The notes below the pieces were generated by a model. That model had not been told where the DNA came from and did no database searches. It saw only the letters and a program-made list of their open reading frames with translations. Positions 1-8,452 of a stretch of 64,000 nucleotides of DNA are shown here, piece by piece (the stretch's first letter is position 1; each line of letters starts with the position of its first letter). Made by a program: the position numbers and the translations under genes. The stretch is from a virus, in the IMG/VR virus record IMGVR_UViG_3300021197_001752, positions 1 through 64,000 of that record; one strand, 5' to 3'.

Positions 1-1829
1 TCGGAAATGGTTTCTAACTGTGTAGTTAGTTTCTTGCATTTCTTTTCTTGTTTAGATCGGTCCTTTTCATTATCGGTCAATTGTCCGACGAGTTGCGTAA
101 TATCTTCATCAAAGTTATTATCTTCCAACTTTTTGAGAAGAGCACGGGTTTCAATACTGTCATTCTTGGAGGCTCGGAACTTCTTCTCAAACTGGTCAAG
201 GTCCAAGAACTTGGCTAGGATTTCCTTGCGCTTGGTTGAACCTTCGTTAATAAAAGTCATCGCACCCATCTGACTGGACATACTCGTAAGCAAGAAGTCA
301 TCAATGGTTCCAAAGATCTTACGGATTTCTTTGTCAGTGCCGTTGCGGTCTAGCGAGTTCAGGCTTGTCTCTTCCCCAGTCGCTGGGTCAATCATTGAGA
401 ACTCTACATCAGTCTTGGCTTCGTCAGTTTCTTCGCCGTGAAGTTTCTTTTTATACTTCTCCGACTTTCTCTCAATGATGTAGGCCTTGCCGTCAATATC
501 AATTTCAACACGACCGCAGCCAGCTTGCTTGTTCTGGTTGATGATGTTCAGGTTCTTGCGGTTGTTCTTGCTGATAGAGTTGTAAATCGTGTACAACGCA
601 CTATCAATCACGGAACTCTTGCCTGAGTAGTTCTTACCGAAGACACCGACAACGCCGTTCAGTTTCTCAAAGTTAATGGTGTTGTTCTCTCCGTAGTTGA
701 AGAGATTGTCCCACTGCATACTTTTGAGGGACCACTCCACGTTTCGTAAGGAGGCGTCTTCGCCGTTGACCCGAGCATCGTAGCGTGAGTTTAATTGGAA
801 AACTCTCTCTAAGGTCTTAGCGTCGGGTTCATATTCTTTTAAGTATTCCCGAATAAGTCGCTCTTGGACTTGTTGGTCCCGCAAATTCTCTGTGTTGCCC
901 AAGTCATCAACATCTACACTGGAACGCTTAAGTCCAGCCTTGTTAACGAAAGACAGACTCTCAGGCTTGAAGCGGCTCTTGGCAATGTCCATCACCCGAC
1001 GAATCTTGTCTAGAGAGACTTTGTGGTGAGTCACCACACGAAGTCGGGCTCCTTCGGGAATGTCTAGGTTTCTAGGCATGTTCCCCTTGGCTGTCATCTC
1101 AATTGTCATGAAAGGCTTAACGTTTTCTACAAGATGATGTTCCACGCAGAAGTCAGTCTTGCTATGGATATCCCAGATCAAAAAGCCCTTGTCGTTTGTC
1201 TCGCCGTGATTCTGCTGGATAGTAGAGCCACAATAGCGGATCGTCCCACTTTCGTTGAGAACCTGATTAGTCTTGTGGATATCTCCCAGCATAGCGTAAT
1301 CAAACTTATCGAACACTTTGATGTCGTGGTCGCCATGATCCATGATCCAACCCATGTCGGTTTTACTATTATTAATTGCTCCGTGATAAAGAGCGATGTT
1401 GATAGACTCTGGATCTGTTGGGTCTTGCCAGTTGGTCTCGTCAAAGATTGACAAAACGTTAATAGTCAAGTCGTCCTCTAGCTGAACCTCACCCGAATAC
1501 TTGTGAAGCATAAGGCTTGCGTGGTCTAGTGCTTCCACAATTGGGGTGATGGCATCTTGGCGGCTGCTGTTCCGCAGGTTACCGTCGTGATTCCCGAGGA
1601 TGATGTGCGTCTCGGCGATGTCAGCCAGGTTCTTCAAGAACTCTGTGGCTAGTTCAAAATACTCTGGTGAAAGTTGGGTCTTGGTGTGAGCCAAGTCGCC
1701 TGTGTGGACGATGTAGTCTACGCTTTCTGCTCGCAGGGTCTTATAAATTTCCTCAAATGCATGACGATATTCATGATGATATTTAAGATTTTTGATATGG
1801 GTATCCCCAAAATGTGCTATCCGCACCAT
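1..1829 (-). CDS. Fused Mre11/SbcD nuclease + Rad50/SbcC ATPase (gp47-gp46-like), runs off the window
   Basis: Not in the ORF track; translated by hand. ATG at 1829 follows AGGAG. Reads MVRIAHFGDTH..GDLAH..GNHD..GDIHK (metallophosphoesterase motifs), then in the same frame Walker A GKNYSGKS (615-638) and the start of a coiled coil. Confidence 0.9.
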   Translation of the reverse strand, partial: MVRIAHFGDTHIKNLKYHHEYRHAFEEIYKTLRAESVDYIVHTGDLAHTKTQLSPEYFELATEFLKNLADIAETHIILGNHDGNLRNSSRQDAITPIVEALDHASLMLHKYSGEVQLEDDLTINVLSIFDETNWQDPTDPESINIALYHGAINNSKTDMGWIMDHGDHDIKVFDKFDYAMLGDIHKTNQVLNESGTIRYCGSTIQQNHGETNDKGFLIWDIHSKTDFCVEHHLVENVKPFMTIEMTAKGNMPRNLDIPEGARLRVVTHHKVSLDKIRRVMDIAKSRFKPESLSFVNKAGLKRSSVDVDDLGNTENLRDQQVQERLIREYLKEYEPDAKTLERVFQLNSRYDARVNGEDASLRNVEWSLKSMQWDNLFNYGENNTINFEKLNGVVGVFGKNYSGKSSVIDSALYTIYNSISKNNRKNLNIINQNKQAGCGRVEIDIDGKAYIIERKSEKYKKKLHGEETDEAKTDVEFSMIDPATGEETSLNSLDRNGTDKEIRKIFGTIDDFLLTSMSSQMGAMTFINEGSTKRKEILAKFLDLDQFEKKFRASKNDSIETRALLKKLEDNNFDEDITQLVGQLTDNEKDRSKQEKKCKKLTTQLETIS

Positions 1830-1857
1830 AGGCGCACTCCTTCTATAAGCGTATCTT

Positions 1858-1866
1858 ATTGTATCA
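1858..1866 (-). promoter_or_regulatory. Putative extended -10 promoter (TGaTACAAT) for the mre11-rad50 gene
   Basis: Intergenic TGATACAAT about 30 nt upstream of the ATG; no good -35 element. Confidence 0.45.
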
Positions 1867-1898
1867 GGTATTTTTAGAGGTGTTTAGGGTTTTATAGA

Positions 1899-2165
1899 CT
1901 AGTTGGTCATTTTCCGTGTCAACGGATTATAGGCTTTCACAGGACCACGGCGACCTTGGGCCCACTTGTCTAAAATTGGCTGGATAAGTATTTCTGTTGA
2001 GAATTTTTTGGGCAGCTTGTCTCTGCCTAATTCGTTAAACATCTGCTTTAGGTGGTTTTGAATAATTATTCTCGCTTGGGCGATCTCAGCACCCGTGACG
2101 CCAGATCGCTCGCTCATAAGCTCTTCTTTAATAATTTCTCGTAGTTCAGATTCGGTGAATTTCAT
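1899..2165 (-). CDS. Small protein with IKEE-type leader (MKFTESELREIIKEELMSE)
   Basis: ORF track; GGAGGA RBS; leader shared with the genes starting at 9907, 10296, 10562 and 11331. Confidence 0.75.
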   Translation of the reverse strand: MKFTESELREIIKEELMSERSGVTGAEIAQARIIIQNHLKQMFNELGRDKLPKKFSTEILIQPILDKWAQGRRGPVKAYNPLTRKMTN

Positions 2166-2174
2166 TTCATCCTC

Positions 2175-3116
2175 CTATAGACCAGAAGCCTTCAACATTA
2201 AGTAGTTTGCTGGATTCATAAACGGTGCTGCCTCTGCTCTGCTCAATAACACAGCTTTGGGCATCTCAGCGATATCTTTATAACCAGAAGTATCCATTAA
2301 GCGTACCTCGACGTCGTAAGTTAAGAGAGACTTAACTATTTTCAAACTTTTATCTTTTGCATCGTCATCCAGTGCCATAAGGACAGGTGTGTCGTTAGAA
2401 ATAATCTTATGGAACAACTTACTATCGTCACGCAAAGTGGACCCTAATAAAGGAATGGCATTCTCGCCATAAGCGATGGCATCAAACACACCCTCTACCA
2501 GTACTACTTCTTTGTTCCAGTCAACCAGCAGATCATTAAAAACTATATCCTTGTTGCCAGGTCCATTTAAATATGGAGGCCAGTCCTTCTTATCCCACGA
2601 TCTAGCTACAAAATAATTACATTCTCCTCTAGCAGAAAAACTAGGTATAATAATCCTGTTAGCATATTGTCCTGTTGGGCAATATCCCAGTCGCCACATG
2701 AGCATATCCTGCTTGGTCACGTTTCTAGATCTAAGATATTTTCGTGCCCTGTTATCTGTTGGTCTTGGTGGTCGAGCCAAAGGTATAAACTCCTCTGGTA
2801 GTTCGATAACCTGCTCTACCTCTTGAACAGATACAAATAGATCCTTCAGATCTGAGTCTATTGGATCTTCTTCAAACTCACGCCATTGATAAACATGATT
2901 AAAGTCGCCATAGCGGCGGACAAGTCGGCGTAGAGATTTACCCTTATAGTCGCAGACCCAACACTTAAAAGCTTCTTTAAGAATGTTTACGGATAGCTTT
3001 GGCTTGTGATGACCACAACAAACACATGGATATAAAAGTTCAGATCCCTGACGGATTGAACCTCCAAGGACCTGATCTAATATTCTCTTTTTCTTTACTG
3101 CTGTTACATCTTTCAA
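2175..3116 (-). CDS. DNA primase (Zn finger + TOPRIM, DnaG/gp61-like)
   Basis: CVCC..CWVC zinc finger; RIIIP; VLVEGVFDA and LDDDA TOPRIM motifs; TTG start. Confidence 0.9.
   Translation of the reverse strand: MKDVTAVKKKRILDQVLGGSIRQGSELLYPCVCCGHHKPKLSVNILKEAFKCWVCDYKGKSLRRLVRRYGDFNHVYQWREFEEDPIDSDLKDLFVSVQEVEQVIELPEEFIPLARPPRPTDNRARKYLRSRNVTKQDMLMWRLGYCPTGQYANRIIIPSFSARGECNYFVARSWDKKDWPPYLNGPGNKDIVFNDLLVDWNKEVVLVEGVFDAIAYGENAIPLLGSTLRDDSKLFHKIISNDTPVLMALDDDAKDKSLKIVKSLLTYDVEVRLMDTSGYKDIAEMPKAVLLSRAEAAPFMNPANYLMLKASGL
2199..2206 (-). promoter_or_regulatory. Putative late promoter motif ACTACTTA
   Basis: Lies inside the primase 3' end, 34 nt upstream of the leader-tagged gene starting at 2165; the motif recurs before other late-type genes. 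Confidence 0.5.
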
Positions 3117-3722
3117 CTACAGTCCAAGTTCTTTTAGTTGCCGAATCGTATTATACACATTATCTGGATCATGTTTAATAGCGACGCCGCCGCCCTCACG
3201 AAACTCGTTGACATATTTATCACGGTCGTCAATCAGAAGTCCTTGCTTTCCGTTCCAAACTCCGTAGGGCTTCTTACTGTCAGACAAGTTGACTTTTTCA
3301 ACTGGAAGCCCTAACTCACGAGCGACCCAAATTCTCTTGCCGACCTTTGAGCCTTCAGCCATCGGAGCAGACAAAATCTCCAACCCTGGGATGTCTTTGA
3401 TATAATCCCAAAGTTCTTTGCCGCCACGCTCCCAGCCGAGGTTAGCCCAGAGGTCAACATCGTTTTCAACCATTCGGTACATGAAATCTCGGACACGATA
3501 GTTCCGAGGCAGGCTACTTTCTTGATCAGACCGAGCAATGTGCCACTTGTTGATCTCGACGTCCCAGCCGCCAAGCTCTTTGGCTGCCGAACGGGCAAGT
3601 TTATAATCAGGATGATCAGGCTCGTGGCGAAGTTCTCGCAACCGCTTATTCATATAACTCAGGACACCATCCTCGAAGTTGACGAGGACACCATCCATAT
3701 CACTAAACACTTGGTATCTCAT
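3117..3722 (-). CDS. HAD-family 5'(3')-deoxyribonucleotidase-like protein
   Basis: FSDMDGVL motif I, ILSAP, GK..W, LIDDR motif IV. Confidence 0.8.
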   Translation of the reverse strand: MRYQVFSDMDGVLVNFEDGVLSYMNKRLRELRHEPDHPDYKLARSAAKELGGWDVEINKWHIARSDQESSLPRNYRVRDFMYRMVENDVDLWANLGWERGGKELWDYIKDIPGLEILSAPMAEGSKVGKRIWVARELGLPVEKVNLSDSKKPYGVWNGKQGLLIDDRDKYVNEFREGGGVAIKHDPDNVYNTIRQLKELGL

Positions 3723-3743
3723 GGGACACCTCCCTCCAACACT

Positions 3744-3771
3744 ATAATAGCATATGCTGGTGGGTTGTCAA
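3744..3771 (-). promoter_or_regulatory. Sigma70-type promoter for nucleotidase-primase
   Basis: TTGACA (3766-3771), 16 bp, then TATTAT (3744-3749) preceded by TG; GGAGGT RBS downstream. Confidence 0.75.
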
Positions 3772-3782
3772 GAGATTATAAT

Positions 3783-4847
3783 TTATTTTCTTCTTCTAAC
3801 CTTAATACGGCGGTTGCCAGAATGCTTACCACCACAATGAGATTCTTCTACATCTTTACGGTTCCCTGGTGGGTTCTCGACAAACATGTCTTTACCACGA
3901 TCGTAGTATTTACCAGCCTTTGGATCGTAATATAATACCTGCCCATCTTCAAACTGGAATGGTCCTTCAAGTCCTGGGAGTGGTCCCATGTCGCCTTTTA
4001 GGTTTGGTACAGTGTGCCTGTCACGAGTGACATATTTGTACAAATCTTTGTTGGACATTTTACTCATTGCTTTTTTCTCTTCATCTGAGCCTCGGTATCC
4101 TTCATCTTTACGGTTACGAGCCGTATAGTCGTTAGACAATTGACCACGCTCAAGTGCATCAAGATATTTCTGATCAGGCTTCTCTACAGAGAGGGGTTCT
4201 TCACCTTTCGCAACAAGTACTGCGTTATACGCTTTCATATATTCTTCGTCGCCCCGACCAATCTTCGATGGGGGGTTGCCCATTTCTGCATCGATTTTGC
4301 CATACTCGGAGAATCTTGCTTCTCCTAAATTATCCTGACGGTTGCCAGCGCCATCTTTATCTTTCATTTGCTTAGCCATGGAAGCAATATCATTAATGGC
4401 TTCCTCTGGAAGACCAGCTAGTTCTCTAGCCTTACCCTCTATATCGATATCTTGCGAATACCTATCTTCATTCATGCCTTCCTTGACCGCTATAAGCTCA
4501 TCAGCAACTATCTCTGTGATATATGGCTCTGGAACTGGGACAAAATCAGATATAGTTCCTTGCTGGTCATGACTAGATTTATAGGTCTGCTCTGCTTCAT
4601 GGGTTACTTTAACTTGGGCTCGGTCGGAAACGACCCGAGTATAGCCTTTCTCGCCCTTAAGCATCATTAGAATACCTTTGTAGTATTTGCGGGTGTTAGT
4701 TCTGTAATCGGCTACTTGGAATTGTACAATGTCGCCCTTCTTGAGAGACTGGGCCATCCTGACATTTCCTGAACCTCCGTGGCGACCTAGATCTCCACCA
4801 TAAGCTTCTTTATCTTCTTTGATTATTCGTACTCTAAACTTTTTCAT
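3783..4847 (-). CDS. Multi-module putative internal head protein
   Basis: ATG at 4847 after GAGGTG. Starts MKKFRVRIIKE; short modules are separated by xxE sites; contains GLEGPF..LYYDPKAGKYYD, a motif I recognise from large-phage proteins. Confidence 0.65.
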   Translation of the reverse strand: MKKFRVRIIKEDKEAYGGDLGRHGGSGNVRMAQSLKKGDIVQFQVADYRTNTRKYYKGILMMLKGEKGYTRVVSDRAQVKVTHEAEQTYKSSHDQQGTISDFVPVPEPYITEIVADELIAVKEGMNEDRYSQDIDIEGKARELAGLPEEAINDIASMAKQMKDKDGAGNRQDNLGEARFSEYGKIDAEMGNPPSKIGRGDEEYMKAYNAVLVAKGEEPLSVEKPDQKYLDALERGQLSNDYTARNRKDEGYRGSDEEKKAMSKMSNKDLYKYVTRDRHTVPNLKGDMGPLPGLEGPFQFEDGQVLYYDPKAGKYYDRGKDMFVENPPGNRKDVEESHCGGKHSGNRRIKVRRRK

Positions 4848-4863
4848 GTTAAACACCTCACAG

Positions 4864-4871
4864 TAAATAGT
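4864..4871 (-). promoter_or_regulatory. Putative late promoter motif ACTATTTA
   Basis: Intergenic, 17 nt upstream of ATG 4847. Confidence 0.55.
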
Positions 4872-4886
4872 CTATAAATTTTTATG

Positions 4887-5591
4887 TTACATAAATGCAC
4901 TAGGCAAAATATCAATATTATAATATTTGCCCAATTTTACAAGAGCGCCAATTGCAATTGCACCGCCAGGGGGTATAAAGAGTGCTAACAAAATTGCGCC
5001 CACTCCAATGTCTCGTAGTTGTCTTTTTAGGAATGACTTTTCTTCCTCGGATAACGCTGTGCCTTTGGCTGCTTTTAATATAAGTTTACCCGCTTCGCCA
5101 GATTCTTTTATTTCCTGCCCGACTTTTGCCAAGCTAGATTTAATAGATTTGATTGCTGATGTAGATTTATCTTTCAGCCAATCTCTCAGCCCCTCATCAA
5201 GAAGCTCCTCGTTGAGGTCAGCCATCTTTTCTTCTTTGATGGCTGCTCGTCCAACTGTAACAACACTTGTTCTACCTCTCTTGTCGGTTACTTCTACCTT
5301 ATAAGACTCACCATCAAATGATAGGACTTTGCCTTTGTTGGCGGGAAATAATCCACGAGGAAGTTTTACTATTTTTCCTACTAGACTTTTATCTTCGGTA
5401 AGATGCTGGGCTGGGCGTCCTTGCTTTATCCAGTCTTCAATAACAAATATTTTTTGGTCTTCCGACAAATTCCAGAAAACCTCCTGCGAATCTTCGCTGA
5501 GGCGGGAGGCATACTGCTTATAAATCTTCTCGTTTACTTTGTGGACTTTTCTAAAATCCCTCCAGTTCTCCATTATAAGCTTATGACTCAT
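4887..5591 (-). CDS. W-type leader protein with C-terminal hydrophobic LETM1-like segment
   Basis: Leader KLIMENWRDF; C-terminus IGVGAILLALFIPPGGAIAIGALVK..ILPSAF. Confidence 0.6.
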   Translation of the reverse strand: MSHKLIMENWRDFRKVHKVNEKIYKQYASRLSEDSQEVFWNLSEDQKIFVIEDWIKQGRPAQHLTEDKSLVGKIVKLPRGLFPANKGKVLSFDGESYKVEVTDKRGRTSVVTVGRAAIKEEKMADLNEELLDEGLRDWLKDKSTSAIKSIKSSLAKVGQEIKESGEAGKLILKAAKGTALSEEEKSFLKRQLRDIGVGAILLALFIPPGGAIAIGALVKLGKYYNIDILPSAFM

Positions 5592-5829
5592 CTTTGTTCC
5601 CAGCTTCTAAAGTCTTTTTACTTTTCTTGCTATCTGGTAGGCTCTTTTCAATTCTAAATTTGAGCAGAGATTGACCGTTGATTGTTGGCTGCCCTAATGC
5701 ATCTTTTCCAATACTTTTTACGATCACTCGCTTGTTTTTGAATTTACCACCCAAGAGCACATCGCCAACTTTAATGTCAAGCTTGATCTCGCTTAAATAC
5801 TTCCGCCACTCTGTTAGTAGTTTTTTCAT
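5581..5829 (-). CDS. W-type leader + small beta-rich (KOW/SH3-like) domain
   Basis: MKKLLTEWRKYLSE followed by IKVGDVLLGGKFKNKRVIVK. Confidence 0.7.
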   Translation of the reverse strand: MKKLLTEWRKYLSEIKLDIKVGDVLLGGKFKNKRVIVKSIGKDALGQPTINGQSLLKFRIEKSLPDSKKSKKTLEAGNKDES

Positions 5830-6243
5830 TTATTTATCTGTTTCCGCAGCTTTGGTAATGTTCATAACAAATCCTGTTTTGCCGAAGAGTTTTTCATATT
5901 CATTCTTGTCATTTTTCCCGAAGGCTCCTACTTCACCTTCCTCTCCCGTTCGTGGGGATCTGACTTCGTAGGTCTTTCTCTCGCCAGAGCCGTCAACGAC
6001 CACCAACTTGGTTGGCTGACCTTTGGCTATCCCTTTGTCTGTTAGTGCTCCGATAACACGATAAACAGGCTTGCGGTTGCCGATAGTAAAAGTATCGCCT
6101 CTGTCTAAGCCCTCCAGATCATCAAGATGAGGTGAGCGTTGGATCTCAGGTCCTCGCTCATCATCAGAAAACCCGCCGAACTCAGCCGCCCAGTCGTTTT
6201 CTTCCTTCATAAACTTACGCCACTCTGTTAGTAGTTTTTTCAT
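5830..6243 (-). CDS. W-type leader hypothetical protein
   Basis: Starts MKKLLTEWRKFMKEE. Confidence 0.75.
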   Translation of the reverse strand: MKKLLTEWRKFMKEENDWAAEFGGFSDDERGPEIQRSPHLDDLEGLDRGDTFTIGNRKPVYRVIGALTDKGIAKGQPTKLVVVDGSGERKTYEVRSPRTGEEGEVGAFGKNDKNEYEKLFGKTGFVMNITKAAETDK

Positions 6244-6911
6244 ATTACAAATAACCTTTTGGCTTTTTGTAGTGCTTCGATAGTTTCAGTAGAGCCTTTA
6301 GAATAAATTTTAGACAGCGGGCTTTTAGGCCAGTCAGTACTTCTCCTGCCAATTGGCACAGTCTGATCGCAATCGTCTTCTTTTTTATCTGGAGTTAGTT
6401 GTGGGAAATAATCAAGTGTTTTTGAGGAGATTGAGTCTAGACCATGAGCAACGTCCATTTGGCTTGGTTTTACATCTGAGCGTTTCTCATATTTGTCCCA
6501 TACGGCTAGGGCGTAATCAGATACAGAAAATCTGTCTGGCATAAGACCGCCGCCGTTTTGTGAAGCCCATTCTAGAATCACCTCATATAATAATGGTCCC
6601 CAGCCTCTTTCCGCTCTCGCACCTACAACAACATGTCCATTAAAGCATGGTCCATTTTCATCTTCTATCGCCCTGTCAACCTGCAAACCGCCATAGGGTA
6701 TGCCTGTCTTGCTTTGTTTTAACTCTGAAAACTGCTTATTCTCATAATCCTCAATGCGAACATATCTTACCTGGGCACCATCGCCGCCGCCCTCGACGTC
6801 AAGCACAATACCAATATCGTCAAGTGCTAGCAGAGCGTTCAACTGCTTCTGGATGCGAGGATCAAGACCCTCCTTCAAAAACTCTCTCCACTCTGTTAGT
6901 AGTTTTTTCAT
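6240..6911 (-). CDS. W-type leader + GNAT-like acetyltransferase (paralogue of 7829-8452)
   Basis: MKKLLTEWREFLKE; RGWGPLLY..GLMPDR.SVS..A..VW. Confidence 0.65.
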   Translation of the reverse strand: MKKLLTEWREFLKEGLDPRIQKQLNALLALDDIGIVLDVEGGGDGAQVRYVRIEDYENKQFSELKQSKTGIPYGGLQVDRAIEDENGPCFNGHVVVGARAERGWGPLLYEVILEWASQNGGGLMPDRFSVSDYALAVWDKYEKRSDVKPSQMDVAHGLDSISSKTLDYFPQLTPDKKEDDCDQTVPIGRRSTDWPKSPLSKIYSKGSTETIEALQKAKRLFVI

Positions 6912-6912
6912 T

Positions 6913-7302
6913 TTATTCTTCTTTACCCTTTACAACACCAAGAGGACCAGCTTTAGCCTTTGGTCCTATTAGCTTTTGATCTCCAGATATCTGATCACCA
7001 TTTATAAGAAGGTTGATGGTGTTTATACCCATTAGTGGTTGGTGTACTATTATGTAGACACCCTCTGGATGGTCTGCTATAAACTCTCCCACCCTTGGTT
7101 CTTTATAATTTCTGTCTCTGTCCATAATATATTTTTGTATCAGAGCAGGACTGCCCTCAGCCTCATATCCTAGAGCATTAAGATCATCCATTAATCCATA
7201 AAAATCTCTACCGTTTTTGTTTAGTGCGTTAACCATTTCTTCTTCGTCAAACTCTTGTGACTCATTTAGAAATTGTCGCCATTCGTTTAATAGTTTTTTC
7301 AT
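6913..7302 (-). CDS. W-type leader hypothetical protein
   Basis: Starts MKKLLNEWRQFLNE. Confidence 0.75.
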   Translation of the reverse strand: MKKLLNEWRQFLNESQEFDEEEMVNALNKNGRDFYGLMDDLNALGYEAEGSPALIQKYIMDRDRNYKEPRVGEFIADHPEGVYIIVHQPLMGINTINLLINGDQISGDQKLIGPKAKAGPLGVVKGKEE

Positions 7303-7832
7303 AATCCTAAATCCTCATATGGTATTCCAAGCTCGTCAGCTTTAGCTCTTGCCTTGATCTTCCAAGCCTCTTTGGTTGAAGGAATATCACCGACGCCTTT
7401 TATATTTAGTTTGCTAACATCAAAGACGACTATTTCGTGACCCGAGTGGGCACCATCAAAGCCTTTCTCTGTAAAGTATTTTGTTAATGCTGCTGATCTT
7501 TCAGGGTCATTTGCTTTTGGCGGGAAGCTTACACCCGCTTGTTTCAAGTCGCTTATGTGATCATTGAAGTTGGCTACGTTCTCTAGGCTGTGTTCTACTT
7601 CTAGGACAACTGGGTCTCCACCAAATCTCTTGGCATTTTCTTCTGCATAGCTCATGGCCATGTCACTATCGATCGATAAGTAAATACCCCTACCTAAGTT
7701 ACCACTATCTCTCCTGCCTGCCTTACTGTCATCAAATTTATCAAACACCTCAGTGGTGCCATGATATAAAGTATCTGGTAGGAACTTTGATTCCTTCAGA
7801 TACTTCCGCCACTCTGTTAGCAGTTGTTTCAT
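7299..7832 (-). CDS. W-type leader + ADP-ribosyltransferase (ART-PolyVal-like, H-Y-E type)
   Basis: LYHGT..FDKFD..GRGIYLS..A.SYA..HEIVVFD. Confidence 0.8.
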   Translation of the reverse strand: MKQLLTEWRKYLKESKFLPDTLYHGTTEVFDKFDDSKAGRRDSGNLGRGIYLSIDSDMAMSYAEENAKRFGGDPVVLEVEHSLENVANFNDHISDLKQAGVSFPPKANDPERSAALTKYFTEKGFDGAHSGHEIVVFDVSKLNIKGVGDIPSTKEAWKIKARAKADELGIPYEDLGL

Positions 7833-8452
7833 TCTTCTAATTTACCTGCCGCACGCAAAGCGTCTAATGTTGGAGTTGAGCCCTTGCTGTATAAATAAGC
7901 TGTGGGTTGGGATGACCAGCCGTACTCCTTATCAAGGTTATTCTTTCTTGCCCACCTAATTGAAGATGATTGCTCGCAGTCATCAGATTCATCGTCAGGG
8001 GTAACCTTCTCAAAATCACGATTGGTAATGTCTAGTTGTTTAGCCTCTACATCTTTTCGTTTCCGCATATAATAATCCCATACTTGATAGGCATCTCTAG
8101 AAACGCTGCCTCGGTCAGCAGTAAGCCCGCCGCCAAGTTCGCTAGTCAGTTCTAGCATTATGTCATATAAAAGTGGACCCCAGCCTTTTCTGGCAGATGC
8201 CTGTACGACCTGATAGCCGTCTAGACAAGGCTTCGATAGTTTTACTGAAGTCATGGACCCCCAAGGGGCATCGTCAGGTGGAGGAGGATCACCAGCGTTT
8301 GCATGGTAGAGTGTTTGACCCTCGTGCTTATAAGCCAATTGAATATCTTGTCCAATGCTAACAAGTATGCTTGATCCTTCAGGGAGATCTTTTATAGTCT
8401 TCATCCCTTCGGACAATAAATACTTTCGCCACTCTGTTAGTATTTCTTTCAT
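7829..8452 (-). CDS. W-type leader + GNAT-like acetyltransferase
   Basis: Start reassigned to 8452 (MKEILTEWRKYLLSE; ATGA overlap with the upstream stop); RKGWGPLLY..GLTADR.SVS..A..VW. Confidence 0.65.
   Translation of the reverse strand: MKEILTEWRKYLLSEGMKTIKDLPEGSSILVSIGQDIQLAYKHEGQTLYHANAGDPPPPDDAPWGSMTSVKLSKPCLDGYQVVQASARKGWGPLLYDIMLELTSELGGGLTADRGSVSRDAYQVWDYYMRKRKDVEAKQLDITNRDFEKVTPDDESDDCEQSSSIRWARKNNLDKEYGWSSQPTAYLYSKGSTPTLDALRAAGKLEE

Larger units (their letters stand above)
5806..8452 (-). repeat. Dispersed direct repeats encoding the leader peptide
   Basis: Identical 24-mer ATGAAAAAACTACTAACAGAGTGG at 5806-5829, 6220-6243 and 6888-6911; CTAACAGAGTGGCG core also present in the genes starting at 7832 and 8452. 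Confidence 0.9.

Noticed and set aside
3114-3119. In-frame TAG-TTG junction between nucleotidase and primase as stop readthrough or TAG recoding
   Set aside because: Zero-gap in-frame junctions also occur with TAA (5829/5830, 46023/46024). Long genes are intact under code 11 and TAG ends several complete genes.
5806-8452. Recurrent 24-nt repeat as a CRISPR array or attC sites
   Set aside because: Spacing is 400-700 nt, the repeats are in-frame coding starts and not palindromic, and no cas or integrase gene is present.
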